Below are positions 9,368 to 19,859 of a stretch of DNA of 64,000 bases, in pieces (the stretch's first letter is position 1; every line of letters begins with the position of its first letter). The stretch covers positions 248,001 through 312,000 of the forward strand of contig JBEUKZ010000080.1 of NCBI GenBank assembly GCA_048128005.1. The letters run 5' to 3'. The translations under genes and the position numbers were made by a program. The DNA comes from Veleropilina oligotropha (Eukaryota). The notes beneath the pieces are model-generated. The model was not told the origin of the DNA. It searched no databases and saw only the letters and a program-made list of their open reading frames with translations.

Positions 9368-10374
9368 AGAAGGTTTTTAAGTAAACCTAGTATTAGTTAG
9401 AATATACTTACGTCATTACCAATGCCATAATAGCCATATTATCGCTAGACCGGAAACTGTGAAACACGCTTTCACTTTCTCTTAAATCTTACACACGCTT
9501 ACCTCCCCTGCTCACCCTCTATGTTCCTCTCCCGAGATCTGCCCAAGTCTCGTGAGACCTCAGAGACCAAGACAGAGCATGTCAATTTTAAGTCAGAGGA
9601 ATCTACAGTGCGTAGAGGAACTTAGCAAGAGGGGTTGGAAGGGAATGTAATGAGCAGGGTGGGTAGACGTGTAATGACGTAAGTATATTCTAACTAATAC
9701 TAGGTTTACTTAAAAACCTTCTTATTAGTAGCAATATACTCTACGTCATTACCAATGCCAGAATCAACTTGGACGGTGGGCTAAGTTCTAAAGAAATTAA
9801 TACCCAAACAAGTTACAGTGTTTGTAACATTGACAACATAAATATCCTACTTTTCACCGCGGGGCCCATGGTTCCCCGCGGTGAAGGAAATTTTGACAAA
9901 TATACCTTATAAAATGGTGTTTCCTGGCACTTCAGGCATATTTCACTCAAATACTTGGTATAAAAATTTATATATTTTACAAGGTTAGCTAGCACATGCA
10001 TATTAAAGTTTTTCAATTAAATGGTTCATTTCTGCTGTTTTCTTACCAAAACGCAGTAATACATGTAATGCTCACAACTTCTGCAACCAAGCTCAACTCG
10101 GTATTGATATGTTTGTACAATTATTGCGACACCACACATCAAAATTTAATTGTAAAGTGCCTTTTCACCCTCTTTAATGCATATATTTGACATACAAAAC
10201 ACACAAGTTACGTCAAATGAGTCTTTTTCACAATCCAATCACCATACAAACCACCATTTGGGTCGACCGTCTTCAATAAATCTGGCGCTGGGCCCAGTTT
10301 CACAAAAAATCGTAGACGTAGTCGTTCGTAGACGTAATAGAATCTTACGACAATTTTTGACTGGCTGTTAAACT

Positions 10375-10872
10375 TGTAGTGTTCTCGGTCCGATAGGGAA
10401 CGTTCCACCGTCCGATTCCTGGCTGATGTACGCTCCTCGATTGTATCTACGGCAACGCCCGAGGTCTAGCCTTCCGGAGATGCCCGAGGTCCAGCATTCC
10501 GGAGATACCCGAAGCGTGGGTCCCGAGAGCTCGAGGTTCCTGAGGCACGTCTGCAGAGTTCCCGCCTTTCGCTAATTAGTGCGGGAACAATCAACACCAA
10601 TCTGCATACGTGATGAGCGTCACCTGGGATGGACCAGCCAATCAGCGGCCAGGATTCGCACCACGTGTGGACCATATTCTTACCTGTGCGACCGAATCCC
10701 ACCAGAACCTTATCGAGAACACACCATAGAAGACGCCGTAAAACCGCTCCTAAATCCTGTGTTCAACGCTAAGTGGTGAGCATACTTTCACTGCTATTGT
10801 ATTACCTGTATGTATTAATATGTATTTGTTATAGAGTGTAATCGCGGGGTAGCGCTCGGGTAAAACACTACA
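10375..10872 (+). repeat. 5' LTR
   Basis: tgtagtgtt...aacactaca; direct repeat of 18987-19484. Confidence 0.97.
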
Positions 10873-10873
10873 T

Positions 10874-10884
10874 TGGCGACGAGG
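10874..10884 (+). promoter_or_regulatory. Primer-binding site, probably tRNA-Ser(GCU)
   Basis: tggcgacgagg right after the LTR, complementary to the ...CCUCGUCGCCA tRNA 3' end. Confidence 0.75.
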
Positions 10885-11815
10885 TAAAGAACGTGTTATT
10901 TTACATCTTTATAACACGCTGTTATTTCGTGCGAAAACTTTTTCGCGCCAATTGTGCACTTAGTGCGCAGATTGTATATATAAATTGTAACAACTTATTG
11001 TACCTTAATAGTTATATTGTTTTGTAAATTTTACGAAGTAGCGCACGTAAATTTACCCGATTGTATAATTATATTGTACCCCGACAACAACTTTTGTGTA
11101 AAAATTTGTTAATTTATACCCGACTTTGTCAGCTTAGTAATCCGTACGCTAATTTTTCGTACGCCCTGCCAGTCCGGGTAGCGAGAGCATTGGTGAAGAC
11201 GAAGTTGGAGGTCTTGAGAATCAATACCGCACGCTCAACGAGCGGGATACAGACCGGCTTCTGATACTTGGGCGGTCGGATCCGTGCTTCTCGAGAATTT
11301 TTTTGTATACTTTTCGATTTTTCTGCGTACTCCCTAGTACTTATTTAGTTATTTATAGACACCCACGAGTCTTAAAAATTAAATTATTTGATTCGGTGGT
11401 GGATGTAAAGAAGATTATATTGATTTAAACGATAATCACATTGTTTCAGGACCCTACTCTCCCAATATTTACCTATATTGAGAATTACATTGTTAATATC
11501 AGGCTAATGACCTGACTCTACCATTTATCTATTTGCAGTTAGAACCACTTTGATTCAGAGTAGCGACCTGGTTCTTTGGTTTAATTGTTATTTTACAGCT
11601 ATAATCCAATTACTTTTCAGCGGTGACTATTGAATTTCCCGTACGCTGACTTGTAGTTATTGAATCTGTATTTTGAAATTTTGGCATGACCATCTGTTTG
11701 TTTGTCGGTTTGCCTGCTGCATGTAGCATGACTGTTGACGTTATGGATATTGATGAGTGTTAAGGAGTGTTGTACCTTTAATGAGTTAATAGCCTACAAT
11801 CATTAACCTTTCATA

Positions 11816-13705
11816 ATGTCCACGACAGTTAACATTGACTCTGTTAGTGTAAAACTCTTAAGGGAGTTGCCCGACATAACACCTGAACTAACCTTGGATA
11901 TTTTGGAAGTCCGTGGTACAGCGACCATAAATAAAACTTCCTTACTTAACTACCCAAGGCTACAACACTATTTGAATGCCTTGGTTGATGATGAAGTCAT
12001 ATACCCCCTGGGTACCCCCACACCACTAGCCCAAGGGGATCCTCCTTCGCCCAAAGAGGATGTGAACATTATGACCAGGATCTCAGCCACTATGACCAAC
12101 ATCCAACACAGTGTTGAAGAGTTGCAGCGAGATTCCCGTGACATCCGAGGTAGGCTTGAGAAGGTTGAACAGGATAACCAACCAGCCCCAACCCTAAATC
12201 CTACAATTGATGAAATTACGACTAGGGTTGGTTCCATAGCGCCTGATGGTGTGTATGGCACACCGGCGCATGGTGCTGGGGTTCACCCAGGCCCACCTCC
12301 TTTACTTGGACCTTACCAGGGGTATCGACCAGCACCCTTGACTAGAACCGGACGGGAGAGACGAATTCCTTTTAGAGAGGGCATTACCGCACCTGATATG
12401 GAAGACTGAAGATCTGACAATGCCCCTCAGCACACTCTAGAAGAAATCTCTACTCCATTCCTCGCTAGGGACACCATCTGGAATGAAAGGAGAAGGATGG
12501 AAGATCCGGCCCCGATCCACTCCACCCATAGGACCGTCCGAACACCTACTACCGTCACGCCTCGGACCGAACTAGTAAAACACCTAAAGCTAACTAGTTA
12601 TGACGGTAGCACCGACTTCGTAGCGTTCCTGATCAAGTTTGAGATGATCTCCGAGTGTTCCGGCTGGAACGAGAACACCAAGCTGGGACAGCTAGTGGCA
12701 ACCCTGACGGGGAAGGCGTTAGAATGCTACGCCTGGCAGTCGGAGAGGACTCGACTGAACTACGGAGGAATTAAAGAGCACCTGACGAAGATGTTTGGCA
12801 AAACCCAAGACCCGATGACGTATAGAGCCGAGATGTCCACCCTGAGGCAGAAGGAAGAGGAGACCATGGAAGAATTTGGACAACGGGTAAGGCGACTGTC
12901 ATCACGAGCCTACGCCGACGCTCCCGAGAGCCTCCTGGAGACTCTAGCCCTGGAGGCCTTTCTGCGTGGATGTTCAGACACCGGTGCGGCGGAATTAGCT
13001 CTAATTAAAGAACCGAAAACCTTGAACGACGCCATACAGTTCACCCGGACCGCATCACACAACCGACAACTGCTAAACAGAACAAGTCGTCCTAAAGTAA
13101 GGGGAGCGACTTGTGAGTCTGTTAGCAAATACGCTGACTGTGACCCTAAATCCCAGGAAGGGGATCACAAGGCTATAGGTAACCTGGTAACTGAGATAAG
13201 AGGAGGTTTCGGTCATATGACCAAGGTGATGGGCGATCTCAGCACCGAGATTAAGAAATTGGTAGGTGACAACCGGGCACCCAGGCCCCAACCTGGCACC
13301 AATTACTACAGCTCCAACCGGATGCCGACACGTAGCAGTGGATATGTAAATAGATCACCGTCCACAAGCCCATCAAGATCTCCTGGTCCAGGGAAGTGTT
13401 ACCGTTGCGGAGGTGAGGGACACTTCCGCCGTGACTGTACAGCTCCTGAGAAACCTGAGCGAGAGGTCTACAGACCCAGGTCACCAGAAAGACCAACTTA
13501 TGACTATAATGAAGAGAGGAAATCCGAATCACGCTCCAAGGTAGGGTACGACCGCCGATGTTCCCCCTACCAGGGTAGTCGTGACCGATCACCCTCACCC
13601 AACACCAACAAAGTAACTTTTGAAGAACCCAGTTCTTTAAACGACAAAGGGTCGGCCGTAAGGACCAACAGCAGGCCCCAACGTCCCTGGGTCCCTCAAA
13701 ATTAG
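11816..13705 (+). CDS. gag: Gypsy gag, interrupted by one in-frame TGA at 12407-12409
   Basis: The 197-aa and 402-aa ORFs share a frame and the gap between them is otherwise open; capsid-like YDGS..F motif; CCHC knuckle CYRCGGEGHFRRDC. Confidence 0.88.
13636..13680 (+). promoter_or_regulatory. -1 ribosomal frameshift signal (T TTA AAC plus downstream stem or pseudoknot)
   Basis: Heptamer is in the gag frame; pol is in the -1 frame and open from 13639; ggtc/gacc and ggcc/ggcc pairings downstream. Confidence 0.8.
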
Positions 13706-16700
13706 ATACGCCTAAAGTCGATAAAATCCGAGAGGTTGACTATTCTCCAAATAAGGACATTAAACGATATAACCTGTGTGTGCCCTGCACTGTAAATACT
13801 TATCATACACAGGCCTTAATCGACACAGCCTCTCAGATTACCATTCTGAGCGAGGAGATGTATGGAAATATGACCAATCCATTCCCATTGAAAGAGGAGG
13901 TATTGTTGAAAGGTGTAGATCCTAACGTAGGCGTGTTAGCACGACAGGCCTACAATGTTCCTTTAGTCCTGGGGGGCCAAAGTTATAGTTGGGATATGCT
14001 AGTTGCACCGATCAGTGATCCTTTCATCCTTGGGATCGACTTCCTGAAAGCTCACAAAGGTAAGATAGACTTGGAACATGATGAACTATCAATTGGAGGT
14101 AAGAAGGTATCTACCGTATTATCAGTAGATCCGGAGGAAATTGTATATATTCACAAAGTCATTTTACAGAGACGTATTGTGGTTCCTCCGAATACTGTGG
14201 TAAGGATACCCGCCCAATTAAACGCACTACCTGACCGAGACTACGTGGTACTTTCTCCAGAAGAAGACCATAAGAGCCTACTCGTACCGACTTCACTGGT
14301 AACTTCACGAACTGCCCCTATACCAGGAAAAAACAACGCCTACATCGTTCCTGTGGTACTCCGGAACGACTCCAACCGGTATGTACGCCTGAAGAAAGGA
14401 CACCTGGTAGGCTATGCCGAAGAATTCCGGCTGACCACTGTGGAACCCGTGAAGCCCAGTAATACCGACATCCAGGCACCCGACGACCAGGAAGACCTTC
14501 CACTCCCCGAGCATGTCTACGACTTGTGGGAGAGGTCTTGCGAGGGACTAAGCCCTGAAGAGTCCGAGAAGGTTGCTCAACTGTTACGCGACTATGCCGA
14601 CGTCTTCTCTACAGACGAACTGGACCTTGGAAAGTTCAACAACATAACTCATCGGATCCACACGGGAGATGCTGCCCCGATCCGACAGAAGTTGAGAAGA
14701 ACTCCCTTGGGTTTTGAGAAGGAAGAAGAGTCGAATCTAAACGACCTCCTGAAGATCGGCGTCATTAAACCCTCATCATCCGAGTGGGCGTCCGCTCCAG
14801 TCTTAATCCGGAAGAAGGATGGTAAAGTCCGTTACTGTATCGACTTCCGGAAACTGAACGACGTCACCATTAAAGACGCTTATCCACTACCGAACATTGA
14901 AGAATGCCTGGACGTTCTAGAAGGAACCCAGTACTTCAGCACCCTTGACATGTCCAGCGGCTACTACCAGATAGAAATAGCCGAAGAGGATAAAAGTAAG
15001 ACTGCTTTCCTGACAAGGTACGGGTTATATGAATACAACCGCATGCCATTTGGGTTGGCCTGTGCCCCAGCTACTTTTCAAAGAGCTGTTTGTCTTGTGT
15101 TGAGAGGTTTAACCTGGAAGGAAGTACTGGCCTACCTAGACGATATCATCATTCTGGGAAAGGGTTTCCAACACACTGTCGAGACCCTGACCACGGTATT
15201 CGATCGTTTCCGAGACTACAACTTGAAGCTGAAAGCCAAGAAATGTAACCTGTTCCGAAGGGAAGTATACTTCCTGGGTAAGTTGGTGACCCGAGCAGGT
15301 GTCTCTCCGAAACCTGAGAGTATCCAGACTGTACTTGATTGGCCTACACCAACCTCGAAGAAAGATGTCCAACGTTTCCTTGGGTTTGTAAATTATCACA
15401 GATCTCACATCCCCAAGTTCGCTGACATAGCCCGTCCATTGTACGAATTGATGGCGAAGCACGTACAGTTCGAATGGACAGACAAGCAAGAGCTGTCCTT
15501 CACTGCGTTTAAAGAGGCCATGACCAACAGTCCTATACTGAGTTTTCCTAAAAACAACGACGATCCCTTCATCTTGGATACTGACGCATCTGATGTTGGG
15601 ATAGGTGCGGAGCTGCTGCAAATGCAGGATGGTGAAGAGAAGACGATCAGCTATGGGAGTTACATCCTAACCCCAGCTCAACAGAAGTACTGTACCACTA
15701 GAAAGGAGCTACTAGCCATCGTACGATTCACCCGACAGTTCCGACACTACCTACTAGGTCGTAAGTTCTACGTTCGCACTGACCATCATAGCCTAGCATG
15801 GTTAATGCGCTTCAAGCTGACATCTGGCCTCTTGGCCCGGTGGATCGAAGAACTAAGTCAGTACGACCTTACGATAGTTCACCGCAAGGGAAGCCTACAC
15901 GGCAACGCGGATGCACTATCCAGACTACCAGAAACGAATCAACTATATTGTGACTGTTACGTCGCCGGAAGAAAGCTGACTGATCTACCCTGCGGCGGAT
16001 GCCATTACTGTACCAGACTACACACCCAGTGGTCCCGGTTTGAAGAGGACGTAGAAGACGTAATCCCCCTGGCCGTGTGTACCGTCAACGATACAGAAAA
16101 CACTACCGACTATACCACAAAATGTCGCGTTCTACAGGCTGAATTGGACGCAGAAGAGTATCTATTCATCAAGTACTCTTCTGAGGAACTACGCCAAGCC
16201 CAGTTCCACGACAGTGACCTATGCATTCTACTAGGATGGAAAGAAACGGATGAAGTACCAACCCAGAGCGAAGTCCAGCTAACCAGCCCTGCGGTAAAGT
16301 ACCTTTGGTACAATTCACCTCTACTACAGGTAAAGGATGGTGTCTTGTATTATCGGTGGGAAGGAGTGGCCCCACGATTATTATTCTTAGTTCCTAATGA
16401 CATGAGAGAGGAGGTTCTAAGATTATGTCATGAATCAAAAATGGTGGGTCACCCCGGAGAGGTACGAACTTTAGCTAAGTTAAGAGAATCCGTTTATTGG
16501 GTGGGAATGAAGAAAGATGTGTCACTGTTCATTAAATCTTGTTCAGTCTGTAATAAGAATAAGAAAGCGAACCGACTTGCCAAAGCACCATTGACTACCT
16601 TCCACGCTGGTGCTCCTATGGAACGACTGCATCTGGACATTTTGGGTCCATTTTCACCATCACGATCAGGTAATCGATATGTTTTGATGATGGTATGCCA

Positions 16701-17943
16701 GTTTACGAAGTGGTTGGAAGCATTTCCTTTGCCGAGCCAGACTGCTGAAGATATTTCCAGAGTATTGGTGGACTCTGTCATATCCAGACTGGGATGCCCT
16801 CTCATCATCCACACGGATCAAGGTAGGAATTTCACCAGTTTGCTATTCGAGTCCGTCTGCAAGTTGCTGGGAATCACCAAGACCAGAACAACACCATATC
16901 GACCCTGTTCCAATGGCCAAGTGGAAAGGTATAACAGAACTATCCTGCAGATCATCCGTTGCTACTTGAACGATAAAGTAGACAGCTGGGACGAGAACCT
17001 GTCTCTGATAACTGGAGCAATCCGTTCCCTCCCGAATCGGCAGACTGGCGTGACTCCTAACATGATGATGTTAGGACGAGAGGTACGGAACCCAGTCTCA
17101 TTGGTGTACGGATTCATAGAAGAACAGCATGAAGATGGCGCTGGCTATGTTTCAGCCTTGCAAGACCGGCTCCGTAGGATTCATACCTACGTCCGAGACA
17201 AACTTAAGGTCTCACTTGTCCACCAGAAGAAGTACTACGACCAACGAGTACGAGAGACGCGTTACGAAGCAGGAGACTTTGTCTACAAGCTGAACAAAGC
17301 CGGTAAAATCGGTCAGTCCAAGAAATTACAGCCCATCTGGATTGGTCCGTACCTGGTGTGTGAAGTCCTTTCGCCCGTACTATACAAGATACGTAACCGA
17401 AAGGGCACCAGTGTTCTACACCATGACATGCTGAAGACCTGTAAGGATAGAGACATTCCAATCTGGCTAAGACGCATGCGCAGCACTCTGCAAAATAGAA
17501 GTCCTGCTGGTACCACAACTACAGAGAAGGACGCAGACGATGTCTACAACCTCTCATCTCTATTTGAGAGCCCCGATGTTTCTACACAAGATTTGGAGTT
17601 TTCAGACACTCCCAGTCCACCAGACTTCAACGAGGACTCACTAGATCCTGTCACCAGCGACCAAGAAGATCGCCGTGAAGCCTTGGAATCAAAGGTTTGG
17701 GTAATGTGTGATGACTGCTCCAAGTGGAGATCGATTGACAAGAATGAAATGCCCGCTGAGAACGCGTTCTGGACGTGTAAGGATAGCGGGATTTACACTT
17801 GTGAACAGGAGGAGGAAGATTCTGCGGCCTGGCAGAAAGAGATCGACGACGCAGGTTTGATGTCTTTGGATCAGGGTTCTCAGGGGACTACCCATAGTAG
17901 AGGGGGACGAACAATTCGACGCCCAGCCAAGTATGATGATTAG
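13639..17943 (+). CDS. pol: Gypsy pol: protease, RT, RNase H, integrase, C-terminal zf-CW-like domain
   Basis: LIDTAS; LDMSSGY/MPFGL/YLDD; LDTDAS/RKELLA/TDH; HHCC zinc finger; DILGP/TDQG/VER; WIGPY. Confidence 0.97.
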   Translation, partial: KRQRVGRKDQQQAPTSLGPSKLDTPKVDKIREVDYSPNKDIKRYNLCVPCTVNTYHTQALIDTASQITILSEEMYGNMTNPFPLKEEVLLKGVDPNVGVLARQAYNVPLVLGGQSYSWDMLVAPISDPFILGIDFLKAHKGKIDLEHDELSIGGKKVSTVLSVDPEEIVYIHKVILQRRIVVPPNTVVRIPAQLNALPDRDYVVLSPEEDHKSLLVPTSLVTSRTAPIPGKNNAYIVPVVLRNDSNRYVRLKKGHLVGYAEEFRLTTVEPVKPSNTDIQAPDDQEDLPLPEHVYDLWERSCEGLSPEESEKVAQLLRDYADVFSTDELDLGKFNNITHRIHTGDAAPIRQKLRRTPLGFEKEEESNLNDLLKIGVIKPSSSEWASAPVLIRKKDGKVRYCIDFRKLNDVTIKDAYPLPNIEECLDVLEGTQYFSTLDMSSGYYQIEIAEEDKSKTAFLTRYGLYEYNRMPFGLACAPATFQRAVCLVLRGLTWKEVLAYLDDIIILGKGFQHTVETLTTVFDRFRDYNLKLKAKKCNLFRREVYFLGKLVTRAGVSPKPESIQTVLDWPTPTSKKDVQRFLGFVNYHRSHIPKFADIARPLYELMAKHVQFEWTDKQELSFTAFKEAMTNSPILSFPKNNDDPFILDTDASDVGIGAELLQMQDGEEKTISYGSYILTPAQQKYCTTRKELLAIVRFTRQFRHYLLGRKFYVRTDHHSLAWLMRFKLTSGLLARWIEELSQYDLTIVHRKGSLHGNADALSRLPETNQLYCDCYVAGRKLTDLPCGGCHYCTRLHTQWSRFEEDVEDVIPLAVCTVNDTENTTDYTTKCRVLQAELDAEEYLFIKYSSEELRQAQFHDSDLCILLGWKETDEVPTQSEVQLTSPAVKYLWYNSPLLQVKDGVLYYRWEGVAPRLLFLVPNDMREEVLRLCHESKMVGHPGEVRTLAKLRESVYWVGMKKDVSLFIKSCSVCNKNKKANRLAKAPLTTFHAGAPMERLHLDILGPFSPSRSGNRYVLMMVCQFTKWLEAFPLPSQTAEDISRVLVDSVISRLGCPLIIHTDQGRNFTSLLFESVCKLLGITKTRTTPYRPCSNGQVERYNRTILQIIRCYLNDKVDSWDENLSLITGAIRSLPNRQTGVTPNMMMLGREVRNPVSLVYGFIEEQHEDGAGYVSALQDRLRRIHTYVRDKLKVSLVHQKKYYDQRVRETRYEAGDFVYKLNKAGKIGQSKKLQPIWIGPYLVCEVLSPVLYKIRNRKGTSVLHHDMLKTCKDRDIPIWLRRMRSTLQNRSPAGTTTTEKDADDVYNLSSLFESPDVSTQDLEFSDTPSPPDFNEDSLDPVTSDQEDRREALESKVWVMCDDCSKWRSIDKNEMPAENAFWTCKDSGIYTCEQEEEDSAAWQKEIDDAGLMSLDQGSQGTTHSRGGRTIRRPAKYDD

Positions 17944-18986
17944 CCTGTTTTGTGTATAATGCTGTGCATGGTATGCGAGGGGAGGTATGAAACTGTTGAG
18001 TTAGAAGTGTGATGTGTTCACTTGCAGTTGCTAGACTGGTTATCTCCCCTTTCCATTTCAGTGTTATAAAGTGATAGATGGAATCGTTCCATCATTTATT
18101 CGAGGGGTTGGCCGGGTTTGCCCGGATGGCGACCATCCAGCCCGAGCCTTCCCATACTCCTAGTGGTGTAGGGGTGCGAGTCACCCCAAGGATGAAGACA
18201 CCATCTCCGACAGAATACGGAGTGGCGAGACGGCTGCTAACGCCGCCTACGTATTCGAACGTGCCGATCGGGGTGGACATACCAGCGCCCTCTGACTGGG
18301 TGGGTTGGGTGATCTACCCGTAGGGACTATTATCATATTATTGTTCTATTTACCTGGGCCCACTAACCTTGCTTAGTGGACACCCTGTTCACGCTATCTA
18401 CTGTGTATATAATGTGTATGTGGTTTAGTATTTACCTGGGTACTGCCTTCGGGTGGACGCCCTGTCTACGTTGTCTTTGGTAGTTACGTTTGGTTTAGTC
18501 GATGTCTGGGTTTTTTACTCGTTTGTAGATACCCTGTCTACGCTATCTTTAAAGGTTATGTTTCCTGGGATGCGTTACTCCAATTACGTGGACGCCCTGT
18601 TCACGTTATCTTGTTGGGTTTTTAGTATTGTTACGGGGTTCTTAAACCCCTTGTTATTATAATATACATTATAATATTCTTATAGCTGGGAGCGCTCACA
18701 ATTGAGTACACCCTGCTTTAACGTTATCTTTCGTGTGCTTTTGACTGGCCACTATTTGAACTGTTAAGTACAGCTATGGTCTTATCGAAGTTAGATGTTA
18801 AAGGGGCTGGGTTTCATGGGAGTGCTACCCTGGGGTCCCTCCATTTGTAGATTTTGATTAAATCTGTTTAGCTGTTCATCTTTGTACCTACAACACTATA
18901 TTCTGCGGTTAACATTATTAACATTCTTAGAATAACGGGAATATTTAGGCGTCTCCATAGGTCCCAAAAAATGGTATTGGGTGGGA

Positions 18987-19484
18987 TGTAGTGTTCTCGG
19001 TCCGATAGGGAACGTTCCACCGTCCGATTCCTGGCTGATGTACGCTCCTCGATTGTATCTACGGCAACGCCCGAGGTCTAGCCTTCCGGAGATGCCCGAG
19101 GTCCAGCATTCCGGAGATACCCGAAGCGTGGGTCCCGAGAGCTCGAGGTTCCTGAGGCACGTCTGCAGAGTTCCCGCCTTTCGCTAATTAGTGCGGGAAC
19201 AATCAACACCAATCTGCATACGTGATGAGCGTCACCTGGGATGGACCAGCCAATCAGCGGCCAGGATTCGCACCACGTGTGGACCATATTCTTACCTGTG
19301 CGACCGAATCCCACCAGAACTTTATCGAGAACACACCATAGAAGACGCCGTAAAACCGCTCCTAAATCCTGTGTTCAACGCTAAGTGGTGAGCATACTTT
19401 CACTGCTATTGTATTACCTGTATGTATTAATATGTATTTGTTATAGAGTGTAATCGCGGGGTAGCGCTCGGGTAAAACACTACA
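18987..19484 (+). repeat. 3' LTR
   Basis: Preceded by a purine-rich tract (aaaaaatggtattgggtggga). Confidence 0.97.
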
Positions 19485-19580
19485 AATTTAAACAGCCAAT
19501 CAAAAATTGTCGTAAGATTCTATTACATTTACGACTACGTCTACGATTTTTTGTGAAACGGGGCCCAGGAGTGTAAACCC

Positions 19581-19859
19581 ATTTTTATGCCACCACCAAT
19601 TTATTGGGGTGGCATTTAGATTTACTCTTGTCCGTCCCGTCCGTCCCGAAACCAGTATTTGCGTGTAAGCAACTCCAATCTGCTATAACTTCTATTTGCC
19701 TTCATGGATTGACTTGATACTTTGTACACTTGCTTATCATCATTCATGCTTCGCTTCTGCGACCCATCCATGTCGCCGTATGGCCTTAACGATCTTTGCT
19801 GCCCCTATGGTCAAGGCTGCCAGTGGGGGCATCCGTGTCCGATGGACACATTTCTAGTT
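19581..19859 (-). mobile_element. Short Helentron/HINE-like element
   Basis: On minus: 5' aactagaaatgtgtcc..ggacacggatgcccc, ggacg microsatellite, 3' hairpin atgccacc..ggtggcat followed by AAAAA. Confidence 0.6.

Larger units (their letters stand above)
10375..19484 (+). mobile_element. Full-length Ty3/Gypsy LTR retrotransposon
   Basis: 498-bp TG..CA LTRs with one mismatch seen; PBS, PPT, gag, PR-RT-RH-IN order; imperfect 4-bp TSD aact/aatt. Confidence 0.98.
10288..19568. mobile_element. Foldback MITE of about 170 bp (possibly PIF/Harbinger-like), split at its centre by Gypsy
   Basis: Arms 10288-10374 and 19485-19568 are near-perfect inverted repeats (ctgggcccagtttcacaaaaaatcg / cgattttttgtgaaacggggcccag). 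Confidence 0.8.

Noticed and set aside
10466..10779. ORFs duplicated at 19078-19391
   Set aside because: They lie within near-identical LTRs; no recognisable domain
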